NCBI GenBank assembly: GCA_045655065.1
Contig: JAZOOP010000066.1
Span: forward strand, 1-56,184
From: Christensenellaceae bacterium
GTDB lineage: Bacteria > Bacillota > Clostridia > Christensenellales > Borkfalkiaceae
Length of the DNA stretch: 56,184 nt
Reading direction: 5' to 3'
The notes below the pieces were generated by a model, which was not told the DNA's origin, ran no database searches, and saw nothing but the letters and a program-made list of their open reading frames with translations. The position numbers and the translations under genes were made by a program. Below are positions 55,445 to 56,184 of the stretch, piece after piece. Every line of letters starts with the position of its first letter. The first letter of the stretch is position 1.

Positions 55445-56184
55445 ATGTGTATTTTTGGCTGTAATCGTTGTGGTAATAATTTTGGAAACAACGGTTTTAC
55501 AAATTACGGCTACGGAAATTATTCATTAAATAGAAACTATAACGATTGTTTTTTTAGTAGAAACTACAATAACAACGGTCGTTGTTGCAACCAAACACCA
55601 AGATTTATAATTGCAACCCAAACCATAAGGGGCCCTATCGGTCCGCAAGGTCCAATAGGTCCTGCCGGTCCACAAGGACCACAAGGTTTACAAGGTCCTA
55701 TTGGTTTAACTGGTGCAACTGGCCCACAAGGCCCTACAGGTGCAACCGGTGCTACTGGACCACAAGGTCCAATTGGTTTAACTGGTGCTACTGGCCCACA
55801 AGGTCCGCAAGGTTTGCAAGGTCCAATAGGTCCTGCCGGTCCACAAGGTGAAACTGGTGCAACTGGCGCAACGGGCCCACAAGGTCCACAAGGTGTACCT
55901 GGTGACCCTGCTATAAGCGACGTAGTTTATGCTACTGCAAGCGACGTAGCAGTTGAACCAAACGCAATTATTCCACTTACCTTAAACGATTCAACTTCAA
56001 CTTCTACGATGAGTGTTTCTGGTGGCTCTGTTGTAGTTCCAGAAGCAGGTAAATATTTAGTTAGTTATTTCTTTAACAACGTTGCTACTACAACGGACAC
56101 GGACGTTACTCTTTATTTAAATGGCGTTGCCGTTACTGATGAAAGTGTAAACGCTAGCACTAACGCAACTGCAAGTAAAACTAT
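55445..56184 (+). CDS. Collagen-like (GXY)31 protein with a BclA-C-terminal-like domain, 3'-partial (runs off the window; absent from the ORF track)
   Basis: My own translation from the ATG at 55445 (AAAGGAGAAAAAAG RBS) is open to the window end. It reads [16 protein letters not shown]...[17 protein letters not shown]...[17 protein letters not shown]...[10 protein letters not shown]. Confidence 0.85.
   Translation, partial: MCIFGCNRCGNNFGNNGFTNYGYGNYSLNRNYNDCFFSRNYNNNGRCCNQTPRFIIATQTIRGPIGPQGPIGPAGPQGPQGLQGPIGLTGATGPQGPTGATGATGPQGPIGLTGATGPQGPQGLQGPIGPAGPQGETGATGATGPQGPQGVPGDPAISDVVYATASDVAVEPNAIIPLTLNDSTSTSTMSVSGGSVVVPEAGKYLVSYFFNNVATTTDTDVTLYLNGVAVTDESVNASTNATASKT
55631..55909 (+). repeat. 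31 uninterrupted Gly-X-Y triplets (collagen triple-helix region)
   Basis: Counted directly: [30 protein letters not shown] ... GVP GDP. Confidence 0.9.

Noticed and set aside
55582-55851. The ORF-track entry [30 protein letters not shown]... (89 aa).
   Set aside because: It is an out-of-frame reading of the GXY-encoding DNA. The frame starting at 55445 has an RBS, gives perfect Gly-X-Y periodicity and stays open to the window edge.
1-56184. Mobile genetic elements, prophage, or defence islands (restriction-modification, CBASS, retrons, toxin-antitoxin systems, Cas).
   Set aside because: No integrase, transposase, recombinase, reverse transcriptase, nuclease-NTPase pairs or phage structural genes appear in any of the six frames. 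The only XRE genes are solitary or paired with a membrane zinc-ribbon gene.

Overview
This is a low-GC Firmicute chromosomal window, Clostridia-like, with spore-former marker genes (SpoIVFB/SpoIVFA-like pair, BclA-like collagen protein). It is about 85% housekeeping genes, almost all on the minus strand.

Minus-strand genes, from high to low coordinate:
- xpt followed by a BMP-family nucleoside ABC importer
- a pair of membrane-anchored winged-helix genes, then uvrB and uvrA
- dgt, dnaG, sigA, trmK, nif3 and a DUF164 zinc-ribbon gene
- ftsK, rimO, pgsA, cinA, recA and rny
- type III glutamine synthetase (glnN)
- two very large surface lipoprotein genes
- ung, apgM and the SpoIVFA/FB-like pair
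- rpmG, secE, nusG, rplK, rplA, rplJ, rplL
- pta, ackA, yceD, rpmF

Plus-strand genes are tmcAL, a GT4 glycosyltransferase, mntP, a stand-alone GMP synthase ATP-PPase subunit, psiE, two zinc-ribbon membrane paralogs, a PaaI thioesterase and a collagen-like gene that runs off the 3' edge.

No rRNA gene, canonical tRNA gene, CRISPR array, transposase or integrase was seen.

The unusual parts are:
1. The 14.1-22.7 kb surface-protein locus holds a 922-aa and a 1650-aa lipoprotein that share a 10-Cys module, BspA-type LRRs and the same terminator module. The larger gene is bracketed by a 152-bp second copy of the glnN 3' end whose differences are almost all synonymous.
2. The 1650-aa protein contains 16 interrupted-collagen repeats.
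3. The 922-aa gene has a ~220-nt leader with nested inverted repeats and a UUCG terminator abutting its RBS.
4. The 600-bp xpt/thioesterase intergenic region has no recognisable purine riboswitch. It is packed with about 11 hairpins, interleaved long-range complementarities, a terminal minihelix followed by ACCA, and DnaA-box-like words.
5. A duplicated zinc-ribbon membrane gene cassette carries an XRE switch.

I found no complete, clearly novel multi-gene system. The hairpin-array region and the surface-protein cassette locus are the best candidates for something undescribed.
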